A stretch of DNA of 64,000 nucleotides from Macrostomum lignano (lineage: Eukaryota), in assembly GCA_002269645.1 (NCBI GenBank), contig NIVC01002079.1:124001-188000 (forward strand), written 5' to 3'. The notes under the pieces were generated by a model. It had not been told where the DNA came from. It saw nothing but the letters and a program-made list of their open reading frames with translations, and ran no database searches. This document shows positions 1 through 11,496 of the stretch, piece by piece. The translations under genes and the position numbers were made by a program. Position 1 is the stretch's first letter. Each line of letters opens with the position of its first letter.

Positions 1-712
1 AGGCTATTGTGAGTTTTTTTTCGCATTTTGCTTTGTCCGCCTGCCCGTGAGCTGTGGAATCGCTAATCCCAGCTCATCAGGCGGAGATTATGCCGTAGCT
101 TTATCCCGTCAGTCTTTGTTGAGCTTTGTAGAAGCAGTTTAGTTACTCGCACCGCAGCAGCACCTCCTCCTTTTGGAGTCTCATTTTCAGCGTGCTTTTT
201 TCTGTCACATTCTGTACTGAGTCTGCAGCACAGACTCCGCCGCTCTCCATCTGAGCTCTGCGCTTCTCCAGCATGCCGGCCGGCGCTCCCTGATGAAGTG
301 TCCCGGCCATGCATGCTGCTCCGCCTTTCCCCGGTTGATTTTTGCACAATGTTCTTCCTGTCTACTTTTTGTCAGTAGTTTATCCCGCTCGTGCAGCAGA
401 CTCAAGCGCTAAACTAAGATTTGCATTGCGGTTCCACAGTTTCCAGCTTGACAGCAGCAGCTCCGGTCTCTTCCGCATGAATTTGTTGTCACCTGTGCGA
501 GCTGCCGTCTCCCTACCTGCACCGGTGCCCCTCATCAGTACTTCTCTAAGCCAGACCGTATCGCTACTTTCTGTCTCTCCCCCCCCCACACTCCTTCCAA
601 ACAGTCTGAAATACATCGAATATGCAGACTTGCAGTTGGCCGAAATTCTGCCTGTTCCTTTTCAACCGCACTTTGCTGTCCGCGTTCGATGTGCTCTCGT
701 TTTGCTTTTCAG
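1..712 (+). repeat. Inverted near-identical copy of 12235-12946 (non-coding, probably the 3' UTR region of a 4E-T paralog lying upstream of the window)
   Basis: Base 1 pairs with 12946 as reverse complement and homology runs to about 712 with only a handful of substitutions. The six-frame ORFs at 63-797 and 12177-12884 are mirror images. Confidence 0.9.
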
Positions 713-1161
713 AATCCTGATGAGGATCTGCTTTCCAATTGGCTGCAGACTGTTGACGCACCGTCCTGGCTGGGATGTGGCATTTTGCTCCAAGTGACTG
801 CAGTTTTCGAGCTTTCTGTCGTCACGCCGATAATTCTTAGTATGATTGTCCTCTTTCAAAATCCTGAGGAGTTTCCCTCGCAGCAGTGCATGCTGTATTG
901 CTATTTATCGATATATTAGTAGCCGCGCCTTCCAAGTTCAACGAGACCGAAGCACCGAAGAGCCTCTGAGACTACTCGTATTCGTAAAGCACAAAGCAAA
1001 TTATTGGTTTTTAATCAAAGAGGAACAGCCTGTTTTGACATGGGGGACGGTAAAATAGACCGCTTAAGTAGTAAAAGGCAAATCAAGGTCAGAGCCAACA
1101 TTTGTAGAGAGCCGATGCATTTAGACCAAAGCGGTCATCGTCAGGACAATGTATTTTTTTA

Positions 1162-1988
1162 CACCATTTTACCCTCGATTTTGAACAAGGAGAACTTCGA
1201 AACTGACAAACTCCTCTTCAATATTGACACTCTATGGTCGGGCACTCAAAATCTACAATCAATATTGACAGATCAAGCTTCATTTTTGACAAACTCTGGT
1301 TCAATTTTGACAATGCACGTTTAGTCAACTTCTCCTGGGAGAATTCGGTAACAAAGTAATCCAATGAAAGCCTGAACGGGGCTGAAGTGAGCTGTGCAAA
1401 ATCAGCTTATTCTGACTTTGCTTTTTGGATCTACAAGTATTGATAAAATTTATTTTTCTCTATCCTTTACACACAGACTAAAATAGCCTGACTGGTTGGG
1501 CTGCAAAGTCTGATTCTATTTTGACAGAGTTGCTTTAAAACTGACACTATGGTTTGTGTACCCAAAAAGTCCGCTTCATTTTTGACAACTCCGAATCAAT
1601 ATTGAACAGTTAACAATCGATTTTGACCAAGACATTTTTTGAAATAGATTTTGACAATTTTTACTAAGATTTCTCTCTTGAGGGGGGGTACTTGCTATTT
1701 GGGAGAGGGGGTACTGGCTGCATGTATCTACGAGTCAGAATAAGCTGATTTTGCACAGCTCACTTCAGCCCCGTTCAGGCTTTCATTGGATTACTTTGTT
1801 ACCGAATTCTCCCAGGAGAAGTTGACTAAACGTGCATTGTCAAAATTGAACCAGAGTTTGTCAAAAATGAAGCTTGATCTGTCAATATTGATTGTAGATT
1901 TTGAGTGCCCGACCATAGAGTGTCAATATTGAAGAGGAGTTTGTCAGTTTCGAAGTTCTCCTTGTTCAAAATCGAGGGTAAAATGGTG
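1162..1988. mobile_element. Non-autonomous Tc1/mariner-type foldback element (MITE) with about 256-bp TIRs
   Basis: TA|CACCATTTTACCCTCG...CGAGGGTAAAATGGTG|TA. Arms 1162-1417 and 1733-1988 appear to be perfect reverse complements, with recurring TTTTGAC/ATTGAC motifs. Flanking TA matches the Tc1/mariner target duplication. Confidence 0.75.
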
Positions 1989-2037
1989 TATTAACTAGCG
2001 AAGTTTTTTATTTCAACAATCAATACTCGTAGAAGTA

Positions 2038-2758
2038 TTGGTTTTGACAATCAATATGAGAAAATGGACAATCAAAATGAAAACAGCCGTAGATCTGCAT
2101 GCAGCAGCTCAGCTCAGCTTCGCAGCAGCTGCGGCTTAGGCCATAGACTTTTGACGATCGAAATGAGAATTGGACAATCAAAATGGCAACGGGAGCAGTG
2201 TGCGCGTTTATTTGAATGAAATTTTAACAATAGAAACGAGAAATTGACAACAGAAATGGCAACACAGTCAGAAAAATGATGGAAACACAGCAGTCCAGCA
2301 GCATAGGGTCAGAACTCCTGCCCAGCAGGCAATGACTCACGCGCCACTCTCTCCAGCAGCATGTAACGCCACTCTTCCTGGTTCACGCCTTCTGGGGCAA
2401 CTGCCTCTTCCCCAACGATGTCAGGCTGCGCCCGTCTGCTTTTGATCTTGGCCTTGAGGCAACTGTTGGCGAATTCCGAAGGTTTTAGAAAAGGTGAATA
2501 TCCTGGAAGAATGCGGATGGACACAGCGTGCTGCAAACTGGAGAGATGGCTGAGAAAGATGGCTGGCTAATGCTTAAATGTGCTGCCCCGCTAAACTAAC
2601 CGCGCGTTGCCATTTTGATTGTCCAATTCTCATTTCGATCGTCAAAAGTCTATGGCCTAAGCCGCAGCTGCTGCGAAGCTGAGCTGAGCTGCTGCATGCA
2701 GATCTACGGCTGTTTTCATTTTGATTGTCCATTTTCTCATATTGATTGTCAAAACCAA
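2038..2758 (-). mobile_element. Internally deleted Tc1/IS630-like element: about 154-bp TIRs around a transposase C-terminal fragment
   Basis: Arms 2038-2191 and 2605-2758 are inverted and flanked by TA. The spacer ORF 2309-2536(-) reads ILPGYSPFLKPSEFANSCLKAKIK, resembling the LPPYSPxLNPIE motif with the third catalytic acidic residue of DDE_3 transposases. Confidence 0.7.
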
Positions 2759-2761
2759 TAC

Positions 2762-3330
2762 GTTCTTCTTGAAACTTGGCAATATTCAGTTGCAACTCTA
2801 TTGTTTGTCCACATGTACATCTGAAGCAGCAACTCATCGGGTAGAAACTGCTCGAAACTAATTACAGTCCAGCCGTCGTCAACATCTGCAGACACAGAGA
2901 ACCCCTGATTGACTCCGTTTGCTCCGAGGAACTCCGGAAGAGAAATTAGCTCGAGCATCGGTCTCTGGAGTTACTGATCTCCAATCAGCGTGCATCATTC
3001 TCTGATCGTCTTCCTCCGGTCCATCATTGCCTGCTCGATTTTCGGCACCGTCCTTTCTTTCCCTCGCTCTCAGCAGTGACCAATGATTCATCACTCGACC
3101 AGTCGCTGGATTCGCTGTCGAGGCCCAAGTTTCGCAAGGCTGCTTGTCGTCGCTGTCTGACCGCTTTGCATTGTAGATTTGGTCAGCTGGGGTGGTGAGC
3201 TTAGGGAAGCACGAGTACAATTTCTTTGAGTTAACTTTCCATGCCTGCAGTATTTTCTCCCTCTTAATTTTTCTAGCTTGGCCATGGACAATTCTTCAGT
3301 CAAAGATGTCGCTTCTCCTGTTGAGAAAGT
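2762..3330 (-). mobile_element. Degenerate piggyBac-like (PGBD) transposase N-terminal fragment
   Basis: Minus-strand peptide LPEFLGANGV...FEQFLPDELLLQMYMWTNNRVA resembles the PGBD motif FELFFPDELxxxIVxxTNxYA, preceded by an acidic Ser/Asp tract. It is frameshifted and cut by the Tc1-like element at 2760. Confidence 0.5.
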
Positions 3331-3920
3331 GTTTTAATTCTTTTGTCTGTGCATAATACTCGTAATTCAACTCAACACTGTTTTTGGAGTTCAAAGTTTA
3401 CATTACAGCAGAATCAAAATTGTAGCAATGGCATGCATTGCTTGCCATCTGGTAAGATAGAGATGCGGAGAAGGAATTCTGTAGTAGGCATGTCGAGAAC
3501 AGTAAATAAAATAGGGCTCATTAGGCGGAGGCATTCACCGATAAAGCGCTAAGCGTTCTCAACACCGAAGAGGTACGAGCGTAGAATGGGCATTTTTCAC
3601 TGAGGATTTTTCCCTAGAAGGGTCATGGTTGTCTACTACGAAACATGAAGACGTAACACGTAACATGTAACATGTAACTACTACGTAACAGTAGCCTGGC
3701 GCAGTATTCGACATGTAAAAAGCAATTCTCGTTAATAAAGTTGCCTGAAATGGAGTACATGTCAGTCAGTATCAGAATAAGTATACACTGTGAAGTGGAA
3801 AACCGCACAACATTCGTACGGATGTTGCGGATGTTGGCTACCAAAACGTCCGTATTTTTTGTTATAGAAAAAGAGCAAAATCGGTTTGAAATGGTTTGGA
3901 CGTCAATACGGATGCTTTAA

Positions 3921-4396
3921 TTAAGGACTACTAGACTTGAAGGACGCAACACTCGCAAATCGTGCAAAAATAGTTGAAGGCCGATTATTAAAATGTATGT
4001 ATCTCTATCAATACCATGGGCCCCCACTTTGCAGGTAAATCAATAAAAATCGAGTTAGTTAAGGCAGTTAGGGTTATAAATAATTATAAATAAAAAAGGT
4101 ATAGGCCTATAAAGTATTTATTACATTAGCTTTAGGTTTCCAGTCGATAAACATTAGACCTATTAGTCTTTAGTTATAGGCCTAGCCCAGTCATAAGTAA
4201 TGTAAAAAACAGTAAATAACCAAAATTTCGGGAATTAATAGCCCTAGGCTTCTGCAAACAGCACATTATGTTGAAAATCATGCAATTCGTCTATCGATCA
4301 CTAATGTATACGAGAACGAAAATCGGCCTTCAACTATTTTTACACGAATCGAGAGTGTTACGTCCTATATAACGAAGTGTTCCTAGTGGTCCTTGG
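3921..4396. mobile_element. MITE with imperfect about 70-bp TIRs
   Basis: Left end ttaaggactactag...aaaaatagttgaaggccgatt and right end aatcggccttcaactatttt...ctagtggtccttgg are inverted. The interior is AT/TpA-rich. The same termini recur at 11015-11063. Confidence 0.6.
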
Positions 4397-4459
4397 TTTT
4401 AATACGGATGTTCTAGTAAAAAGGTCGTTTTAACACGCGTATATAGCCACGCTGTGGAT

Positions 4460-4494
4460 CAGGGACAACTAAAACTAGGTTTTAGTTGTCCCTG
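4460..4494. mobile_element. 35-bp minimal hAT-like element (two 16-bp TIRs plus a 3-nt loop) with 8-bp TSD
   Basis: ctgtggat|CAGGGACAACTAAAAC tag GTTTTAGTTGTCCCTG|ctgtggat. Perfect 16-bp stem, identical 8-bp flanks, and CAGGG termini typical of hAT elements. Confidence 0.75.
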
Positions 4495-4975
4495 CTGTGG
4501 ATGTTTAATACGGATGTTCGGCGGACGTTTTTTCGGATGTTTTGGCATCACAGTGACAGTCCGTACGTTCAGTTTCAAGGCCGCGACACATGTATCTAAA
4601 AATAGAAACTTGCGTACGCTGCTAGTTTGGGAAAATAGAATTGCATACCCAAGTTTAGATGATGTGTGTTGCAAATTGCAAAGGCCTGTTCACGTTTTCA
4701 TGAGCGCAGTTGCAATGCACAGTTTTACAGGGATGAATGACATTTATGTTTCTCACCCATACGACCATGCGTGTAGCAAAAGTACTTCGGTAGAGCGACA
4801 GATTGCGACAAGGGCAGGAAAATATTTGACTGTACACTCAAAGCCCACCCCAAACCTCTCACAAGCCCTGCAGGCATTATATACAGCACATTGCAACCCC
4901 CTCTCTATTCCAACCTCTCGCTCTCGCTCGTCAACAACTGTTTGCTATCAAGGCTCTTTGCCTGCAGAGCTCAAG

Positions 4976-7414
4976 ATGGACTGGCTTTGTTACGACGGCA
5001 ACGCAAGCAAATCGGCGGCCCTTAGCCTGGTCGAGTCCTCGGTGCAGGTCAGCATCATCGGTTGGAACGCTGACGTGACCTACTCGCTCCTGTACCACAA
5101 TCGAAGCTCCGATACCCTGAGCAACGTTCGGTTCAAGTTTCCTGTTGACGAGTCGGCCTCGGTGTACCGACTGGTTGCCGAGTTGAACGATCGCACCATC
5201 GAGTGCGAGTGCCGCGAGAAGACCGAGTCCAAGGCCGCCTACAGAGCGGCTGTCGATGCGGGCTACTCGGCCGCGCTCGCCTCCGAGGTGGACGGCTCGG
5301 CCGACCTCATGGAGTGCTACCTCGGCAATGTGGCTGCCAAGGCCAAGGTGAAAATCGAAATGAGCAGCGTGGTCGAGCTGGAGACGCCGAGCATAGATAA
5401 AGTGAGCCTCACAATCCCAAGGGTTCTCGTGCCGCGATACGAGCCTGAGGAGAGTCGGCTTGACAAGTTCGCGAGTTCGGGACCTTCGCAGACCGCTGCT
5501 CAACCATGGCTGTCGGGACTCAAACTTCGGGGGAAGGTGAACGGCCTTCCAAACTTGCGCAATGTCAAGTGCAACCAAGGACAGCTGAAGTGGCTGTCAG
5601 AGCGATCTGAATTCGAGGTGGAGCAGCTGGGCAGCGACTGTGATATTGAGCTCGTGGCCGAGTTTGAGCCGCCCGTCTCAGGCGCGGTGATGACAAGGGA
5701 GACTGGCTCCGCCGGGTCCGAATCCGCCTTTCTTCGGCAGGAGATCGCGCAGTTCACGGCATTCCTAGACGAGTCCCAGGCAAGGGACTCGGCGCAGAAG
5801 GAGTTCATCATCGTTGTCGACAGGAGCGGCTCGATGAGCGGCCGGAACATTCGTTCAGCACAGGAGGCGCTCCTGTTGTTCCTCAAATCACTTCCTTCCG
5901 GCTGCAAGTTCAATGTCGTCAGCTTCGGCTCAAGCTTCACCCAGCTGTTCAGCAGCAGCCAGAATTACTCTCAACAGTCCCTGGCTGAGGCTGTTCGACT
6001 GCAGGAGGCCATGCGAGCGGACATGGGTGGCACAGAGATTTTGCCTGCGCTGAGATGGTCGTTTGACAATCGGGACCCGACTTGTCAGCTGATGCTCTTC
6101 TTACTGACTGATGGTGAGGTCTCAAACACCGATCAAGTGAAGGACCTCGTTCTGAGCAAGTGCGGGGCTGTTGGCTCCGATTGCCGACTGTCGGCCATCG
6201 GGATCGGACACGGAGCTTCTACGGCGCTGGTGAAAGGCGTTGCTCGAGTCGGCGGAGGTCGCGCGGACTTTGTCCGTGACGGAGTCACCGAGCAGCTGAG
6301 GAGCGCCGTGGTCGCTCAGCTGAAAACTGCTCAGTCGGCAGCTGTAGAGAACCTGAGAGTTGACGCAACCACACTTGACGGCAAGTCAGTGCTTCTTGGC
6401 ACCGTGCCAACCGATCCGCAACTAGCTGGTGGAGCTGTTCCGATAACAGCTCGGCTGAGTCGATTTCTGCTGTTGTCTCCAGACGCGAATTCAATGACGA
6501 TTCGGGCTGTAGCGAAGTTCTCCGTTGCCGGTAGAGACTTTGAGATCGAGTGCGTCCACGATGGAGAATCTGCTAAGGAGTCGCAGCTGCTGCGCAGAGC
6601 GGCCGCTCGGCTGCAGTTAAAGGAGTGGAGCGACTCGAACAGTGGCGGAGAGCACACAAGGAGCATCATCGAACTGAGCCTGGCCACCAACTTGGCCTCC
6701 GCGTACACCGCCTTTGTTGGCATCGACAGGACGACAAAGAGGCCAGTTTCTGTGGCCAATGAAGAGCTGAAGCGGGAGGAGCGAAGGCTGAAGCGGCAGG
6801 GGGAAAGGCCACTAGCCGCATCGCCGAATTGCTACGATCCGTCTATTGAAGACTGCTGGGACGATGAGGGTGCGGTTGGGTCCATGATGCCCGACCAGGA
6901 CCACCAGTTCTACTCGCATGCGCGGAGTAAGCCGAAAAAGAAGGGCATGTCGTTCGGACTTCCATCGCTTTCCTCTCTGTTTAGTAGAAGTGCAGGTAGC
7001 AAGAAGGAAAAGGCAGGTGCTGGTAAGAAAAAGGAAGCTTCGACGTTCTCTAGACGACTTCGATGCGAGGAAGAGCAGCCCAGGCTTGCACTGAGTTCTT
7101 GCAGGATGGATATGGCAGCTGTGGATGGCTATTACGCAACCGCTATAAATGAATCGGATGAAAATTGTTACGATTTGGAAACGGAATATCTTGCATTTTC
7201 ATCACTGCCGGATGACAGCCGCGCTGCCAAGAATAAGCGTGAACTGAAAGCGATTTTTTCTTGCGCTTCAACAGCTCGCGATGTCAGCAGCGATCCAGTC
7301 ATGCTGATCGCAGGAACCCAGCAATTCGATGGTCGCTGGGACGCGAGCGACAGCATTGCCGACCTTCTGGGCATCAGCCTGGTTGAGATCGCAAAGTCCG
7401 CACCGAAGGGAGTT
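4976..7414 (+). CDS. VWA5A: VWA5A-like protein (VIT + VWA domains), exon 1
   Basis: VIT-like N-terminus (FKFPVDESASVYRLVAEL), MIDAS motif VVDRSGSMSG, DMGGTEI and LLTDGEV. ATG 4976 follows the acceptor ctgcag; donor GTT|gtaagc at 7414. Confidence 0.85.
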
Positions 7415-7689
7415 GTAAGCAGTATCCTGATTGGCTACTCAAATGAAATTTAAAATTGTGCCATAACCGAAACTGTTATGATAAAGCCAAGTCATGTGTT
7501 GAAACCTACGAAAACTCGTACACCCAGAGTCTGGGTAATCAAGCCAATATATATTATCGAAACACCAATGTACATACCCGGTAGAGTGCCGGCAGTGTAC
7601 ACTGCATCAAGTACACGAAACTACGGAGTCGATAGAAAGCGATACTATAAGTACACACAAGCCACACACAACAGAAACTATCCCAGCGA

Positions 7690-8460
7690 GAGATCACACC
7701 ATAGAGATCACACCATAGAGATCACACCATAGAGATCACACCATAGAGATCACACCATAGAGATCACATCATAGAGATCACACCATAGAGATCACACCAT
7801 AGAGATCACACCATAGAGATCACACTGATTACACCATAGAGATCACACTGATTACACCATAGAGATCACACCATAGAGATCACACCATAGAGACCACACC
7901 ACAGAGATCACACCATTGAGATCACACCATAGAGATCGCACCATAGAGATTACACCATAGCGATCACATCATGGACATCACACCATATGGATCACACCGT
8001 AGAGATCACACTGATTACACCATATGGATCACACCGTAGAGATCACACCATATGGATCACACCGTAGAGATCACACTGATTACACCATATGGATCACACC
8101 GTAGAGATCACACTGATTACACCATAGAGATCACACCATAGAGATCACACCATAGAGATCACACTGATTACACCATAGAGATCACACCATAGAGATCACA
8201 CCATAGAGATCACACCATAGAGATCACACCATAGAGATCACACCATAGAGATCACACCACAGAGATCACACCATAGAGATCACACCATAGAGATCACACC
8301 ACAGAGATCACACCATAGAGATCACACCACAGAGATCACACCATAGAGATCACACCACAGAGATCACACCATAGAGATCACACCACAGAGATCACACCAT
8401 AGAGATCACACCACAGAGATCACACCATAGAGATCACACCACAGAGATCACACCATAGAG
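7690..8460. repeat. 14-bp minisatellite (CACACCATAGAGAT)n filling the VWA5A intron
   Basis: Directly visible tandem array with variant units. Confidence 0.95.
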
Positions 8461-8519
8461 AAAACGCCGTGAAGATTCCATCGCAGAACTCCAACCAGTA
8501 TCCCATGATCGCATTGCAG

Positions 8520-8708
8520 TCCCAGTCGGTTTGGGTCACAGCTCTGGTTTGCGCCCATCTCAGCCACAGTCTCAAAGCTCAGCAGAGTCAGTGGGAGCTG
8601 ATGGTCCAGAAGGCCATGGACTTCGTGAAGGCGGCCTGTCCAGACGCTGACGCGGTGCTGGCCGCTGCTAACTCAATGCTGCAGGCGAGGGTTGCCAGCA
8701 GCATGTAG
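8520..8708 (+). CDS. VWA5A: VWA5A-like protein, last exon
   Basis: Acceptor ttgcag|TCC in phase 0. SVWVTALVCAHL...QWELMVQKAMDFV matches the VWA5A C-terminal WATALAL...WEL..KA motif. Stop TAG at 8708. Confidence 0.8.
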   Translation, partial: SQSVWVTALVCAHLSHSLKAQQSQWELMVQKAMDFVKAACPDADAVLAAANSMLQARVASSM

Positions 8709-9448
8709 TTTGCTTTTTGGTCTGTGACTGCAGTGTGTGAACGCAGAACTGAGTGAGGCTCAACATTTTTTCTGGGAACTTTCACTATAAAATACTTCTT
8801 ATTTAGTGTACGTGCATACTCTAGAAATCCTTATATAGAAATTCTTTATAAACTTCGTTAATTATTATAATAATTGAATTTTATGCACTATAAAAGAAAA
8901 CAACTTTTATAATTTATTTGTGTATTAAACTCATAATAAAATTTTTATTATTATTCAAGTCAAATTTTGCACTGATAAACCAGCTGTTTAGATGTCGAAC
9001 AAACTTTGATTATAAATTTAAACATGTACATCTTATCGAACCATATTGACTCATGGATCCTAACAAATCATAGCAATGATGCGCGTTCACACTACTGAAA
9101 AGTTTTTTATGTCGCGGATTTTTTCACTGCTGTGTTGGACTGCATGGCTGTTTGGCCTGTTTGGCTTTGGCTTTGGCTTTGGCTTTGGCTTAGCCTGTTT
9201 GGCTTTGTTCTATATTTTTACTCAGACTCTGGTGTACGCCATAGGCACGCACATTGCCCAACCTAGGCCTAGAGCGCTTTGGACCCAAACAGTTTTTATA
9301 TCCAGGTACGCTGTAATTTTACATTATAGCTGCACCATGTTTGGCTCTCAATTTTGTGCTTGCTATTTTTTTAAACAATACATTTTATTAAATAAATTTC
9401 GCTTCCGCTAAACTTCATGAAGAATTCAGATATTGATTACGACAATAA

Positions 9449-9546
9449 GGGTTGTAGCCTAGTGGTTAGAGCCTTTGACTCACGACTGAAAGGTCGGGGG
9501 TTCGATTCGCGACCCACTCGGAACAATTTGTGTCCTTGAGCAAGAC
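9449..9546 (+). mobile_element. 3'-truncated tRNA-derived SINE (same family as 60052)
   Basis: A box TAGCCTAGTGG and B box GGTTCGATTC, then aacaatttgtgtccttgagcaagac shared with 60122-60146. Confidence 0.75.
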
Positions 9547-10125
9547 TTTTTTCTTTTCTTTAAATGAGTCTGTGGTTGTGACTGCGAGTTCTCTCAGCAT
9601 GGACAGCTCACACTCGTACAAGGGGTATTGTCAAAGAAATTCGATCACTTCTGGTGCATTTTGTCTGTGACCAGAGTTCGGGGTGAGTCCGAACTTCTCG
9701 TTGCCAAAGTGCCAGAAGTAGGTGGCATTTTTTCAGCTAGTCTGCAAAAGCACTATGTAGAGCTTTAAGTAGACACTTTGGCTTTTCGACACTCGCTTGC
9801 AGCTGAAAAAAGATTTACTGAACCGGAACTAAGGGCGCACATCCAAGAAAATGTTTGAGCTACTGCTCCCAGGATCCCCTGTTTGACTTTCGTTTTTAGT
9901 TTGCTTCGCTCACAGCTGCTGGTGAGGTTTTTTTCATTCGTGACTCTGATGCAAAGCGAACAGAAGTCCTCCGCTAATCCCTACGCAAACGCTGATCAAT
10001 TTTCTGAATCTCAAAGTAGTCAGGTCCCAATCAGTCTCTCGATTCGCCATAGTAATGCTTGTTTTGTTTAATTGCATAAATAGAAGCTCAGGCACGGAGG
10101 ATGAAAGCAGATGGGGGACCTACAG

Positions 10126-10913
10126 ATGAACTCCACAGCTCAGACCGTGTTGCTGCTTCTGCTTCTAACCTCAGCCCAGGCCAAGCCGCTGTGCCCGAGT
10201 CCGTTCTCCGACTCGTGCCTGCTCAGGAACGCCAACCAAAGCTTCTCTTGGTGCGAGGCCAACCTGCAGTGCGCAGCGCTCGGAGGCGAGCTGGCGAACA
10301 GCCTCAGATCCATCAAGAGGCTGGCCTCGGGTGCGGACCTGTGGATCGGCGTGTCCGACCTGGCCGATGAGCGACACCGCAGCAGGTCGGGCTGGCAGCG
10401 AGTCAACGACAACGGCGACCTGCCAGAGGACGACTCGCTCTGGCTTGTGGGCCAGTCGAGCACAGAAGTGCAAGACTGCTTGAGAATGTTGAGCAGAGCT
10501 GATCCTGACAGCCTCGCCAATTCGCTGTGCAAGAGGCCTCGCGGCTACCTGTGCGAGTTCCGGCCCGCGACTCGACCTGCCGCAAAGCTGCAGCCGGCCG
10601 CCTGGAGGCGAGTGGAGTTCAAGCGGACCAGCTACAAGCCGAGCACCGAGTACTGCTACAAAGACCTGACCGGGATGCCGAGCTCTGTGAGCTGCGGACC
10701 AGCTACAAGCCGAGCACCGAGTACTGCTACAAAGACCTGACCGGGATGCCGAGCTCTGTGAGCTGCGTAGCGGCGGCTGGCCGAGACAAAAAATGCAGAC
10801 GCGCGCTGTACAACAGGACGTCGAAGCTGTGCCGCCTGCTGCTGTTCACCGACGCTCAGGTCGAGTCGGAGATCGAGAACGGCGAGGATTGGGCGAAGTT
10901 CAGCGTGACGTGA
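10126..10913 (+). pseudogene. Secreted C-type lectin-domain protein with a Cys-containing (PAN/apple-like) C-terminal module, frameshifted by a 71-bp tandem duplication
   Basis: Signal peptide MNSTAQTVLLLLLLTSAQA; CTL features (SWCEANLQCAALGGELA, LWIGVSD, DC, LC...YLCE). 10624-10694 is repeated at 10695-10765, shifting the frame; the 3' part continues in ORF 10527-10913. Could be an assembly artefact. Confidence 0.6.
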
Positions 10914-11014
10914 GCGAGGACTGGGCGAAGTTCAAGCGGGATTTAAGTCTGAATACGATAATTTTAAGTGATCATTTAGGCATGATATTAGCGGTGTTTG
11001 GCGTCGTTTTTATA

Positions 11015-11063
11015 CCAAGGACCACAAGGAACACTTTGATATATCTAGTCTAGCAGTCCTTGG
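11015..11063. mobile_element. 49-bp terminus-only remnant of the MITE family at 3921-4396
   Basis: CCAAGGACCACAAGGAACACTTT matches the reverse complement of the MITE right end, and CTAGTCTAGCAGTCCTTGG matches the other end. Confidence 0.55.
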
Positions 11064-11355
11064 TTTTTACTTCTGCACTGATTATTTTCTCATGATGGCT
11101 GTGCAGCCGTTCCGCCTTGTATCCTTCTTGGCTCAATGCTTATGACTTGAGTCACTTGACTGCTATCTTCTGCAAAATCATTTTCAAGTTTTAGCTATAG
11201 CCTCTGCCAAAGCTCCTTCTTCTTATTAAGAGGTAGGTGTCAATAGTGACGCTGAAGTTTTTAACAAACCACAAATTCGATCCAGGGTTATTGGCCTCTG
11301 AACTTCTGAACGAAAAGCTTTATGAAAATCAATAGAGCTATAAGAAAGGCACAAC

Positions 11356-11496
11356 CAGTAGCGTAGCTAGGGGGGGGATTCGGGGATATATCCCCCATTT
11401 GGATGATTTATAGGAAACGAAAATGAGGTTTTTTAAAAAAGCAAAACAAAGCGGCTTAAGACCTAGCGAAATTGCCGAAAATTTCACTCGTAAATT
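11356..11496 (+). mobile_element. Possible hAT-type MITE end truncating the mariner element
   Basis: Begins CAGTAGCGTAGCTAGGGGGG, resembling common CAGTGGCGTAGC MITE termini; no partner TIR seen. Confidence 0.3.

Noticed and set aside
4454-4975. 5' extension of the 999-aa ORF
   Set aside because: It starts at GTG inside TE remnants, is AT-rich and non-homologous; VIT homology begins after the acceptor and ATG at 4976.
9449-9525. tRNA gene candidates (also 59245 and 60052)
   Set aside because: A and B boxes are present but I could not fold a cloverleaf, and they continue into a shared SINE body.
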